The notes under the pieces were generated by a model, which saw nothing but the letters and a program-made list of their open reading frames with translations, was not told the origin of the DNA and searched no databases. A stretch of DNA of 33,161 bases from a virus. Its lineage: Duplodnaviria > Heunggongvirae > Uroviricota > Caudoviricetes. The position numbers were made by a program, and so were the translations under genes. Within the stretch, counting starts at the first letter, position 1, and each line of letters starts with the position of its first letter. Positions 16,592 through 24,951 of the stretch are shown in pieces. The DNA is taken from the IMG/VR virus record IMGVR_UViG_2690316097_000007. The stretch is one strand, 5' to 3'.

Positions 16592-17428
16592 ATGGCTAAT
16601 GAAAAAAAGACATCCCGCAAAAAGTTTCGCGTGGCTGTCTCCGGATCAACTGTTGATGGCCGTGAAATCAGTCCGGTGCATCTGCGTGAAGCCGCCGAGA
16701 ACTTCAACCCGGATGTTTACGCTGCCCGCGTGAACGTTGAGCACTATCTCTCGCCATGCCCGTCAAGCGAATTTTCCGCAATGGGCGATGTCACCGCACT
16801 GAGTACGGAAGACATTACGGAAGGTCCGCTGGCCGGACGTACTGCGCTGTATGCAGAAATCGAACCGACCGAGCGCATGAAGCAGCTTGTCGCGGACGGC
16901 AAGAAAATCTATTCCAGTATCGAACTGCACCCGCAGTTCTCCGTTAACGGGCGCGCCTATCTGGTCGGGCTGGCGATGACCGACACCCCGGCAAGCCTGG
17001 GCACTGAGCGCCTGAAATTCACGGCACAGCAACGTCAGGCGGTGATGACGTTCAACAGTATCCAGGGTGAAGCACCGCTTATCTCCGAAGCCATCGAGTC
17101 TGAAATCATCGAAATGGCAGAACAACGCCAGGAAGAAGGCACCCAGTGGTTTAACCGCGTAATGGGGATTATTGGTCGTGGCCGCAAAGCGGATGACGCC
17201 AGTTTCTCCCGTATTCAGGAAGCGGTGGAAAGCGTCGCAACGTCACAGGCCGACATTATCGACCGTTTTAATGCGCTGGAAACACGCCATCAGCAGGACA
17301 GCCAGAAAATCACTTTACTGACCACGGAGCTGACAGCACTGAAGGAAAAACTGCGCACGCAGGACGGCGATCCGCAGAACCGGTTCACCGCAACGGGCGC
17401 AGCCTCCGACCAGCTGGCTGACTTCTGA
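16592..17428 (+). CDS. O: Capsid scaffolding protein (P2 gpO-like)
   Basis: Start at MANEKKTSRKKFRVAVSGSTVDGREI, resembling the N-terminus of P2 gpO; about 278 aa; directly upstream of the major capsid gene. Confidence 0.8.
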   Translation: MANEKKTSRKKFRVAVSGSTVDGREISPVHLREAAENFNPDVYAARVNVEHYLSPCPSSEFSAMGDVTALSTEDITEGPLAGRTALYAEIEPTERMKQLVADGKKIYSSIELHPQFSVNGRAYLVGLAMTDTPASLGTERLKFTAQQRQAVMTFNSIQGEAPLISEAIESEIIEMAEQRQEEGTQWFNRVMGIIGRGRKADDASFSRIQEAVESVATSQADIIDRFNALETRHQQDSQKITLLTTELTALKEKLRTQDGDPQNRFTATGAASDQLADF

Positions 17429-17451
17429 TAAGACAAAGGAGCAAATTTTTT

Positions 17452-18504
17452 ATGAATCTGGTGATGTCAGATATTACCCGCAACAAGCTGGGTTGCTATA
17501 TGGCGCAGCAGGCGTCGCTTAACAATATCCCGGTTTCTGCACTGGTATCGCGATTTACCGTGGAACCTGCGGTGCAGCAACGTTTTGAAAACGCCTCAAA
17601 GGATAGCACCGAACTTACAAAAAAAATTAACGTGATCGGCGTGACCGACCAGAAAGGCGAAAAAATCCTCCTGGACACCACAGGACCGATTGCACGCACA
17701 AATACCAGTTATGACGGAACAAAACGCCGTAACCCGAATAACGTGGTTGATCTGAAAAACCGCAAATACCAGTGCGAACAGGTGAACTACGACACGTTTA
17801 TTTCGTATCCGCAGCTTGATGCCTGGTCGGCACACAGCGATTTTCAGTCCCGCATCAGCGCACAGATTGCCCGACAGGTGGCACTTGACCGCATCATGAT
17901 CGGTTTCAACGGCACATCTCACGCGGATGAGTCCAACTTCAGCACCAACAAGCTGCTTCAGGACGTTAACGTGGGGTGGCTGGAGCACATCAGAACCAAT
18001 GCCAGCGAGCGCGTAATGAATGACGTGACGCTGACTTCCCGCAACATGGACAACACCGTGGCGCACGCGGGTAAATACGCGAACCCTGATGCACTGGTAC
18101 AGGACGCGCGCTCATCTCTGCTGGATGAATGGCACAAGGAAGCTGACGACCTCGTGGTGATTATGGGGCGCAACCTGTTTAACTCGCTGCGTCTGCCAGT
18201 GCTGAACAGCATCAGCGGCCAGAATCCCAATGCGGAATTACTTGCCGGGCAGCTCATCCTGTCATCGCGCACCATTGGCGGGCTGGGTGTGTTCCTTGCA
18301 CCGTTCTTCCCGGATGCAACGATGCTGATCACCTCATTCAACAACCTGTCGATTTACTGGCAGAAAGGTTCAATGCGTCGTCTGATGAAAGACGAACCGG
18401 AATACAACCGCATCGCCACCTACCAGTCCATCAATGACGCTTATGTCGTTGAAGACTATGGCAAGTGCGCGATGGTCACTGGCCTGAAGTTCGCCGACAG
18501 CTAA
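17452..18504 (+). CDS. N: Major capsid protein (P2 gpN-like)
   Basis: 350-aa ORF. Segments VSALVSRFTVEP and NRKYQCEQVNYDTFI resemble P2 gpN as recalled (KKFTVEP, NKYECDQINFDFYI). Position is between O and M. Confidence 0.85.
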   Translation: MNLVMSDITRNKLGCYMAQQASLNNIPVSALVSRFTVEPAVQQRFENASKDSTELTKKINVIGVTDQKGEKILLDTTGPIARTNTSYDGTKRRNPNNVVDLKNRKYQCEQVNYDTFISYPQLDAWSAHSDFQSRISAQIARQVALDRIMIGFNGTSHADESNFSTNKLLQDVNVGWLEHIRTNASERVMNDVTLTSRNMDNTVAHAGKYANPDALVQDARSSLLDEWHKEADDLVVIMGRNLFNSLRLPVLNSISGQNPNAELLAGQLILSSRTIGGLGVFLAPFFPDATMLITSFNNLSIYWQKGSMRRLMKDEPEYNRIATYQSINDAYVVEDYGKCAMVTGLKFADS

Positions 18505-18549
18505 TCAACTCACGGCGGGCATCATGCCCGCCTGTAACGGAGAGAAAAA

Positions 18550-19350
18550 ATGATTACTCCTGCACAGCAACACTGGCAGAACGTGATGGCACAGCGCGCA
18601 GGCCGGGCGAATGAAGGTGTGGACCACGCCGCGCGTACCGCGCATGAAGAGGTGCTGTATCGTCTGCGTCTGGCACAGGCCCGGCTTAAGGGCGTACAGG
18701 CCAGAAGCGCGAAAGCCGACATCAAAAAAGCGTTGTTGCCGGACTTTTCCGGCTGGATTGAGGGAACGCTGGAGGCTGACGGCGGGCAACAGGACGAAGT
18801 GATTGCCACGCTGATGGTGTGGGCGATTGACTGCGGCGATCTTCCGCTTGCGCTGCGTATTGGTGCGTATGCGGTCCGTCACAACCTCATCATGCCGGAT
18901 AACTTTGGCCGTACTGCTGCCACAGTGCTGACCGAAGAAATCTGCAATCCGGTACTGACGCAGGCCGGGACGGATGCCGACGCGGATTTGTCCGTCTTTA
19001 TCGAACCACTGGACACACTTTGGGAAATTGTCGCCAACCAGGATATGCCGGACGAAGTGCGCGCCAAATTATGCAAGGCGTGCGCCTTTGCCCGCCGTGG
19101 CCTGAGCGATGCGGACAGCATGGCCTCATCACTGAAGCTGCTGCGCGAAGCGATGCATCTGAACCAGAACGCAGGTGTGAAACGCGAGATTGCAACCCTT
19201 TCCCGCGCCCTGAAAAAAGCCGATTCCGCAGCCGCACCAGAAGACGCCAGCGCACAGCAGGCGCAGGACGAAAGCAGCGAAAGTAAAAAGACAACGCGGA
19301 AGCCTGCAACACGAAAAACCACCGCGACGCAGAAGGCGAAGCGCGGTTAA
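18550..19350 (+). CDS. M: Terminase small subunit (P2 gpM-like)
   Basis: 266-aa ORF with MPDEVRAKL and QNAGVKREI matching P2 gpM as recalled (MPDEVRAKL, QAGVKKEI), and a basic C-terminal tail. Confidence 0.8.
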   Translation: MITPAQQHWQNVMAQRAGRANEGVDHAARTAHEEVLYRLRLAQARLKGVQARSAKADIKKALLPDFSGWIEGTLEADGGQQDEVIATLMVWAIDCGDLPLALRIGAYAVRHNLIMPDNFGRTAATVLTEEICNPVLTQAGTDADADLSVFIEPLDTLWEIVANQDMPDEVRAKLCKACAFARRGLSDADSMASSLKLLREAMHLNQNAGVKREIATLSRALKKADSAAAPEDASAQQAQDESSESKKTTRKPATRKTTATQKAKRG

Positions 19351-19442
19351 CGACTGACCCCGTCAGCGGGCGGCGTGCGCGGTGTTCCGGTTTGGCTCCG
19401 TGACCGTTTACACCGCGCACCCACCGCCCGATTTTTTCAGGA

Positions 19443-19946
19443 GTGAACCCCATGAGTATGGTTGCCAGAACTGAACCCGGACCCGCAGAGGACGACATCA
19501 CCGACACCGAAGATGGCGATACCCGTATTTCAGCGGGTGCATTCTGGCCGGATATTGTGCTGCGCGAGCTGCGTCTGGCGGTACGACTGCCGGGCCGCGT
19601 GACCACCTCCCGCCTGCTGCATACCGCCACCGGGGCCGTGGCACACGTTACCCGCGAGCTGGAAGCATGGCAGCAGGAACAGCAGGCGGCTGGCCATCAG
19701 ACGCTGGCCGATGTTCCGGCACCTGTAATTAACGGAGAAAGCGTCAATCTCTGGCACTGGCGCAATGCTGTTTATACCGCCACACGCGCCCTGATTCTGG
19801 AGCGTTACCGCGATGCGGACACAACGGACAAGGGCGACCGCCGGGCGGACGCACTGGATATACAGACATCGGATTTGTGGCGCGATGTGAGCTGGGCCAT
19901 CTCTGACATTCTGTGCCGCCCGCGAATCTTTGCGGAGTTGTGCTGA
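19443..19946 (+). CDS. L: Head completion/stabilisation protein (P2 gpL-like)
   Basis: 167-aa ORF ending ...DLWRDVSWAISDILCRPRIFAELC, close to the P2 gpL C-terminus as recalled. Precise start is uncertain (several Met near the N-terminus). Confidence 0.75.
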   Translation: MNPMSMVARTEPGPAEDDITDTEDGDTRISAGAFWPDIVLRELRLAVRLPGRVTTSRLLHTATGAVAHVTRELEAWQQEQQAAGHQTLADVPAPVINGESVNLWHWRNAVYTATRALILERYRDADTTDKGDRRADALDIQTSDLWRDVSWAISDILCRPRIFAELC

Positions 19947-20143
19947 TGAAAGTGAAGACACTGGAAGGCGACACCGTGGATTCGCTCTGTTTCCGGTACT
20001 ACGGCACGACGCAGGGCGTCACCGAAAAGGTGCTGGATGCCAACCCCGGACTCTGCCGACAGGTATTTCTGGAAGCCGGACAGGAGGTGGAAATGCCGGA
20101 GCCGGAGAAGAAAAAACAACGAGAGATGATACAGCTATGGTAA
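19946..20143 (+). CDS. X: Tail protein X (P2 gpX-like)
   Basis: 65-aa ORF from ATG overlapping the L stop (TGATGA). MKVKTLEGDTVDSLCFRYYG...ANPGL resembles P2 gpX. Confidence 0.75.
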   Translation: MKVKTLEGDTVDSLCFRYYGTTQGVTEKVLDANPGLCRQVFLEAGQEVEMPEPEKKKQREMIQLW

Positions 20144-20439
20144 CAGGTTTTTTTCTGCGGGTGAGTGACTGGATCACCTTCTGGGCATCAGTCACAGCCA
20201 CCACAATAGGCGTGATGACCATCAGTGAAAAAATCGCCCTTGCCGGGTTGTTACTCGGTTCTCTGTCTGCATTACATGCCTGGCGACATCGCCGCCTGAT
20301 GGAAACCGCCATGCAGCGTCGCAATGAACTCATCGCCAGTATCCTGGCGCAGTCAGACGCACGGCCACTTCACGACAGTGAGCGTCAGGCTCTGAACATT
20401 CTGCGGGATAACGATACACATGATAAAGCTGCCCGTTAA
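20137..20439 (+). CDS. Putative holin
   Basis: About 100 aa with two predicted TM helices (ITFWASVTATTIGVMTI, IALAGLLLGSLSALHAW) and a charged C-terminus. Lies between X and the endolysin, the holin position in P2-like lysis cassettes. No similarity to P2 gpY recognised. Confidence 0.5.
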   Translation: MVTGFFLRVSDWITFWASVTATTIGVMTISEKIALAGLLLGSLSALHAWRHRRLMETAMQRRNELIASILAQSDARPLHDSERQALNILRDNDTHDKAAR

Positions 20440-20875
20440 ACGTTACGCCGTAGCCGCCATTGTGGCGCTGGGGTTCTCCATTGCCCCTCACAAACTCCGG
20501 ACCAGCCCGGAAGCGCAAATCCGCATTGCCACATGGGAGGACTGTCGCGCAACGCCTTACCGGGATATTGCCGGGGTAATGACCGTGGGGTGCGGCTCGA
20601 CCGGGCATGTGGAAAATCGTCTGTACACCGAAACGGAAGTCGCCGGGCGCTGGGTTAATGATATGCAACATGCAGAAAACTGCATAAATCAGAACTTCAG
20701 CGGCAACGCCATGCCACAGTCCGCGTTTGAGGCAATGACAGATGCCGCCTTTAATCTTGGATGCAGAAATCTTATGTGGTTCAGGGATAAGAACCGTAAC
20801 TACCACCGCACCACTATCTGGAAACATGCACAGGCGCACAACTGGCCTGACATGTGCAACAGACTGACTTCGTGA
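20420..20875 (+). CDS. Endolysin, T4-lysozyme-like with signal-anchor-release-type N-terminus
   Basis: 151-aa ORF. Catalytic pattern E-x8-D-x5-T (TWEDCRATPYRDIAGVMTV) preceded by a Gly/Ala-rich hydrophobic N-terminal segment (YAVAAIVALGFSIA), as in SAR endolysins such as phage 21 R. Confidence 0.7.
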   Translation: MIKLPVKRYAVAAIVALGFSIAPHKLRTSPEAQIRIATWEDCRATPYRDIAGVMTVGCGSTGHVENRLYTETEVAGRWVNDMQHAENCINQNFSGNAMPQSAFEAMTDAAFNLGCRNLMWFRDKNRNYHRTTIWKHAQAHNWPDMCNRLTS

Positions 20876-20960
20876 ACAGCGGCGGCGAACGCTCACAGGG
20901 ACTGGTTAACCGTCGTACTGATTTTCGTGCATGGTGCTTACGTGACACCGGAGGCCAGTC

Positions 20961-21434
20961 ATGAAAGTGCGTTACATCCTGATGATGGCACTGACCGTCC
21001 TCACGCTGCTGACCATAACACTCTGGCAGACATTCAGACTGGGGCAGGAAGACGGACACAACCGTTATACACAGGCGCAACTGGACGATTACAGCCGGAC
21101 CCTGAAAGAGGCCGGCACCATCATCAGCACCGCATCCGGTGTACTGCGTGACGTCATGACAGCGCGCCAGAACCGACAACAGGAAGGGGAAATCCGACGT
21201 GAACAGCTACGCAACGATATCACGACAGATGCATGTGCCCGCGCTGTTCCTGACGCTCGCTTTACTGAGCGGTTGCACCAGCACGCAGAACGCGTCCGCG
21301 CCGCCGCCGTCGTTCCGTTTCATCCCGGAAGGGCTGACCGCCCCCGTACTTCCCCCGCCGTTTCCGGTGACGCCATCATGGGGAAACATCGGGATATGGA
21401 GCGACAGCCTCATGGACGCACTGGAAACCTGTAA
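20961..21434 (+). CDS. Rz-like inner-membrane spanin (LysB-like)
   Basis: 157-aa ORF with N-terminal TM helix and charged coiled-coil-like middle; GGAGG RBS; contains the nested Rz1-like gene in another frame. Confidence 0.6.
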   Translation: MKVRYILMMALTVLTLLTITLWQTFRLGQEDGHNRYTQAQLDDYSRTLKEAGTIISTASGVLRDVMTARQNRQQEGEIRREQLRNDITTDACARAVPDARFTERLHQHAERVRAAAVVPFHPGRADRPRTSPAVSGDAIMGKHRDMERQPHGRTGNL

Positions 21435-21519
21435 CGCCGATAAGCGGGCCATTGAATTACTGGAACAGCGCAGGCTGCAACGACTGAACAACGAGGACAA
21501 CAACCATGCTGAAAACTGA
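21229..21519 (+). CDS. Rz1-like outer-membrane lipoprotein spanin (LysC-like)
   Basis: Starts inside the Rz-like gene in a different frame. Signal peptide with lipobox LLSGC followed by a Pro-rich region (PPPSF...PVLPPPFPVTP). Confidence 0.6.
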   Translation: MHVPALFLTLALLSGCTSTQNASAPPPSFRFIPEGLTAPVLPPPFPVTPSWGNIGIWSDSLMDALETCNADKRAIELLEQRRLQRLNNEDNNHAEN

Positions 21520-21973
21520 TTCCCTGCGTGAAGCCATGACCCGTTCATGCCGGTGGTGTCATGCCAACCCGGAAAAATTCACCATTTTCGTGGAGAGCGG
21601 CAACATTGAAACGACCGGAGAAACCCCATCGTTTGTTTACCGCTATCAGATAGTGATGTTTGTCATGGATTACGCCGGAGAGCTGGACGACCTCACGCTG
21701 CCGCTGCTGGCGTGGTTATCCGAAAATCAGCCACAGTTGTTGCTCAATCCGGAGCGTAATCAGGACATCAAATTTTCCGCCGTTATCAATGACGATGACA
21801 GCGCCGATCTCCTGTTTACGCTCCCCCTGCGGGAACGCGTTCGCATCACGCGCAGCAGTCAGGGCACACCGCAGGCAGAACACCTGCCGGAGCCAAAACC
21901 CCGCCTGCCCTCTTCCGAAGGCGACTGGTCGCATGTATTCCAGGATGTGACGTGGGGGGAAAGCGATGGATAA
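21506..21973 (+). CDS. R: Tail completion protein (P2 gpR-like)
   Basis: 155-aa ORF with N-terminus MLKTDSLREAMT and internal LPLLAWLSENQP resembling P2 gpR (same length). Confidence 0.75.
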   Translation: MLKTDSLREAMTRSCRWCHANPEKFTIFVESGNIETTGETPSFVYRYQIVMFVMDYAGELDDLTLPLLAWLSENQPQLLLNPERNQDIKFSAVINDDDSADLLFTLPLRERVRITRSSQGTPQAEHLPEPKPRLPSSEGDWSHVFQDVTWGESDG

Positions 21974-22601
21974 GGCATTCACCCGCGTGGATGAAACCTT
22001 TGAGGCTATCCGCGACAGCCTGAATCAGCAGGCCATTAATAACATCGCCAGAAAGCTGGCACAGGATTTACGCCGCGCCCAGCAGGCGCGTATCCGGTCA
22101 CAGAAAGCGCCGGACGGGACCGCATGGACACCACGCAGACGCCGCGTAACCCGGATACAGGAGCGCATTCGCTTTATCTGGAATAACGAAGCACGCACGC
22201 TGAAAAACTGGCATCACGACACGGGGAAATACGGGCGAACCATCACCGGGTGGGATGAGGATAAAAACAATATCCGCACGTTTTACCGGGATGACATCGA
22301 CCGTTTTCTGGAAATACGCACCCGGCGCATCAACCAGGACAGCACCAGGCGCGTCTCCATGTTCGTAAAACTGCGCACCGCCCGCTACCTGAAAGCCCGT
22401 GCAGATGCTTCCGGTGTGACGGTGGGTTACAGCGGCGTGGCCGCACGTATTGCACGCGTTCATCAGTTCGGTGAGCGCGATCAGGTTGCGCCGGGCATTT
22501 TCACCGATTACCCGGTACGTGAGCTGCTGGGTATCAGCCAGGCAGATGAGCGCCTGATTTATAACACGGTGCTGGGCCGGATTGCGGAGGCTGTACGATG
22601 A
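21966..22601 (+). CDS. S: Tail completion/virion morphogenesis protein (P2 gpS-like)
   Basis: 211-aa ORF directly after R and before V. Assigned by synteny; it is longer than the roughly 150 aa I recall for P2 gpS. Confidence 0.6.
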   Translation: MDKAFTRVDETFEAIRDSLNQQAINNIARKLAQDLRRAQQARIRSQKAPDGTAWTPRRRRVTRIQERIRFIWNNEARTLKNWHHDTGKYGRTITGWDEDKNNIRTFYRDDIDRFLEIRTRRINQDSTRRVSMFVKLRTARYLKARADASGVTVGYSGVAARIARVHQFGERDQVAPGIFTDYPVRELLGISQADERLIYNTVLGRIAEAVR

Positions 22602-23179
22602 GCGCAGAACTCATGCGACTGCTGAGCAATATCATCCGCACCGGGATCATCTCTGAAGTTGATGAGGAATCCTGGTGCGTGCGCGTTCGCAGCGGCGAAC
22701 TGGAAACAGGCTGGCTGCGCTGGAACACCACGCGCGCGGGAGACTTCAACGTGTGGTTTCCGCCATCACCAGGCGAACAGGTGGCAATTGCCTGCATCGG
22801 CGGCAACCCGGAAACCGCCATGATAATCGGCAGCCTGTGGAGTGATGCCATTCCGGCACCCGGCAAAAGCCTGAAAGAAATCGTGGTCAGCGCGCCGGAC
22901 GGCGCGGTGTTCCGCTACGACGCGGACGCAGGCGCACTGAGCGCAAGCGGCATGAAAACGGCCACTTTGCAGGCATCCATCAGCGTGACACTGAACACGC
23001 CTGTCGTGGAATGCACAGACCTTCTGAGAACAGCGACGCTTGACGTCACAAAAGGGGGAACGATGAGCGGCAATATCACGCACAGCGGCGGCGATTTCAC
23101 CTCAAACGGCATCACAGTGCATACGCATAAGCACGGTGGCGTTAAAGGTGGCAGCGATTCGACAGGAGGCCCGCAGTGA
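22598..23179 (+). CDS. V: Baseplate spike protein (P2 gpV-like)
   Basis: 193-aa ORF with Gly-rich C-terminus (HTHKHGGVKGGSDSTGG), in the gpV position. Confidence 0.75.
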   Translation: MSAELMRLLSNIIRTGIISEVDEESWCVRVRSGELETGWLRWNTTRAGDFNVWFPPSPGEQVAIACIGGNPETAMIIGSLWSDAIPAPGKSLKEIVVSAPDGAVFRYDADAGALSASGMKTATLQASISVTLNTPVVECTDLLRTATLDVTKGGTMSGNITHSGGDFTSNGITVHTHKHGGVKGGSDSTGGPQ

Positions 23180-23526
23180 CAACCCGCTACACAGGAATGA
23201 ACCCGGACGGGACGGGAAACCTGAACGATATGGCGCACCTGAAACAGTCAGTCAGGGACATCCTGACCACCCCGCTGGCAAGCCGGGTTATGCGACGGGA
23301 ATATGGCAGCCTTGTGCCTGATTTGATTGACGAACCCATGAATAACACCACGCGTCTGCAATGCATGAGTGCTACCGTGATTGCACTGACACGATGGGAA
23401 CCACGCATTGCCCTGAACGCCATCGACGTTGTCTGGAAGGCAGGAGGCCACGCCGGGGTGACGCTGTCGGGCACTGTCATGCAGACCATGCAGAATGTTG
23501 AATTAACCATCACGCTGAGGGAGTAA
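23176..23526 (+). CDS. W: Baseplate protein (P2 gpW / gp25-like)
   Basis: 116-aa ORF of the size and position of P2 gpW; start overlaps V stop. Confidence 0.75.
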   Translation: MTTRYTGMNPDGTGNLNDMAHLKQSVRDILTTPLASRVMRREYGSLVPDLIDEPMNNTTRLQCMSATVIALTRWEPRIALNAIDVVWKAGGHAGVTLSGTVMQTMQNVELTITLRE

Positions 23527-23529
23527 ATC

Positions 23530-24426
23530 ATGCCTGCCGTTGACCTTTCCCAGTTACCGGAACCCGCCATCATCGCGGAGCCTGACTTTGAGGCAATTCT
23601 GGCTGACACAAAGGCCATGATGATTGCAGCTTATCCCGCCGAACAGCGTGAAGTCGTCTCCGCCGCACTGGAACTGGAATCGGAACCCCTGAACGTTATC
23701 GCTCAAACCATGTCGTTTCGTGAAATGCTGTTACGCCAGCGGGTCAATGAGGCCGCACGCGCCTGCATGTTGAGCCACAGCGCCGGAACAGACCTGGACA
23801 ACCTCGCGGGCAATATGAACACAAAGCGCCTGGTTATCACTCCGGCAACGGATACCACCGACGTGGTGATGGAGAACGACACCTCGCTGAGACTGCGGGC
23901 GCAGCGGGCGTATGACGGCCTGAGTGTTGCAGGCCCGTCAGGCGCATACGAGTATTTTGCCCGCAGCGCCAGCGGTCTGGTGCGCGATGCGCGGGCCATC
24001 AGTCCGTCTCCGGCAAATGTGACGGTTTCCATCCTGTCCACTGAGGGCGACGGCACAGCAACGGAGGCGTTGCTTAATACCGTTCGCGCCGTTCTGAATG
24101 CAGAGGATACCCGCCCGGTGGCCGACCGCCTGACCGTACAGAGTGCCAGAATCGTGACATGGCGGCTGAATGCAAAACTGTACTTTTACCCCGGTCCGGA
24201 ATCCGAACCTATTCTGGCTGCGGCTGAATCGTCGTTCAGGAAGTGGCTGGCTGAGCAGGGGCTTATCGGTCAGGACGTGGCGTTGTCCGCCATTGCTGCC
24301 GCACTGCATGTGCACGGTGTGCAACGCGTGGAGATAATCGAACCCACACAGAATATGGCCATCAGCGACATACAGGCGGCGCGCTGTGAGTCATTCACCA
24401 TCAGCGAAGGTGGGCGTAATGAGTAA
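23530..24426 (+). CDS. J: Baseplate assembly protein (P2 gpJ-like)
   Basis: 298-aa ORF following W, same size class as P2 gpJ; stop overlaps the I start. Confidence 0.8.
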   Translation: MPAVDLSQLPEPAIIAEPDFEAILADTKAMMIAAYPAEQREVVSAALELESEPLNVIAQTMSFREMLLRQRVNEAARACMLSHSAGTDLDNLAGNMNTKRLVITPATDTTDVVMENDTSLRLRAQRAYDGLSVAGPSGAYEYFARSASGLVRDARAISPSPANVTVSILSTEGDGTATEALLNTVRAVLNAEDTRPVADRLTVQSARIVTWRLNAKLYFYPGPESEPILAAAESSFRKWLAEQGLIGQDVALSAIAAALHVHGVQRVEIIEPTQNMAISDIQAARCESFTISEGGRNE

Positions 24427-24949
24427 TTCACTGTTACCACCATCAGCCAGCAATTTCATGCGTTGTGCCGAAGCCGTCGGAACACGCATTACAGACATTC
24501 CGGCAGACCTCAACACGCTGTGGTCGCCGGACACCTGCCCGGTGCATCTGCTGCCTTATCTCGCCTGGGCGTTTTCCGTTGACCGCTGGGATCGCAACTG
24601 GCCGGAAGAGACAAAGCGACAGGTGATTCGTGATGCATGGCTGATACACCGACACAAAGGAACCATCAGCGCCCTGCGACGGGCCATTGAGCCGCTGGGA
24701 TACCTCATTCGCGTGTCTGAGTGGTGGGAGTTCAACGGCGAACCCGGAACATTCAAGATTGATGTTGGCACGCTGGACAGTGGCGTGACGGAGGAAATGT
24801 ATCTGGAAATGGAGCGGTTGATTGCTGATGCCCGCCCGGTCAGCCGCCACATGACAGGGCTGAATATCATTCAGGAGATTCAGGGAGATATTTTCGCGGC
24901 AGCAGCAACTTACGACGGTGAAGTCATTACCATTTATCCGGACGATTAA
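24419..24949 (+). CDS. I: Baseplate/tail protein (P2 gpI-like)
   Basis: 176 aa from ATG at 24419 (MSNSLLPPSASNF...), same length as P2 gpI. The track ORF starts at an upstream GTG. Confidence 0.75.
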   Translation: MSNSLLPPSASNFMRCAEAVGTRITDIPADLNTLWSPDTCPVHLLPYLAWAFSVDRWDRNWPEETKRQVIRDAWLIHRHKGTISALRRAIEPLGYLIRVSEWWEFNGEPGTFKIDVGTLDSGVTEEMYLEMERLIADARPVSRHMTGLNIIQEIQGDIFAAAATYDGEVITIYPDD

Positions 24950-24951
24950 GC

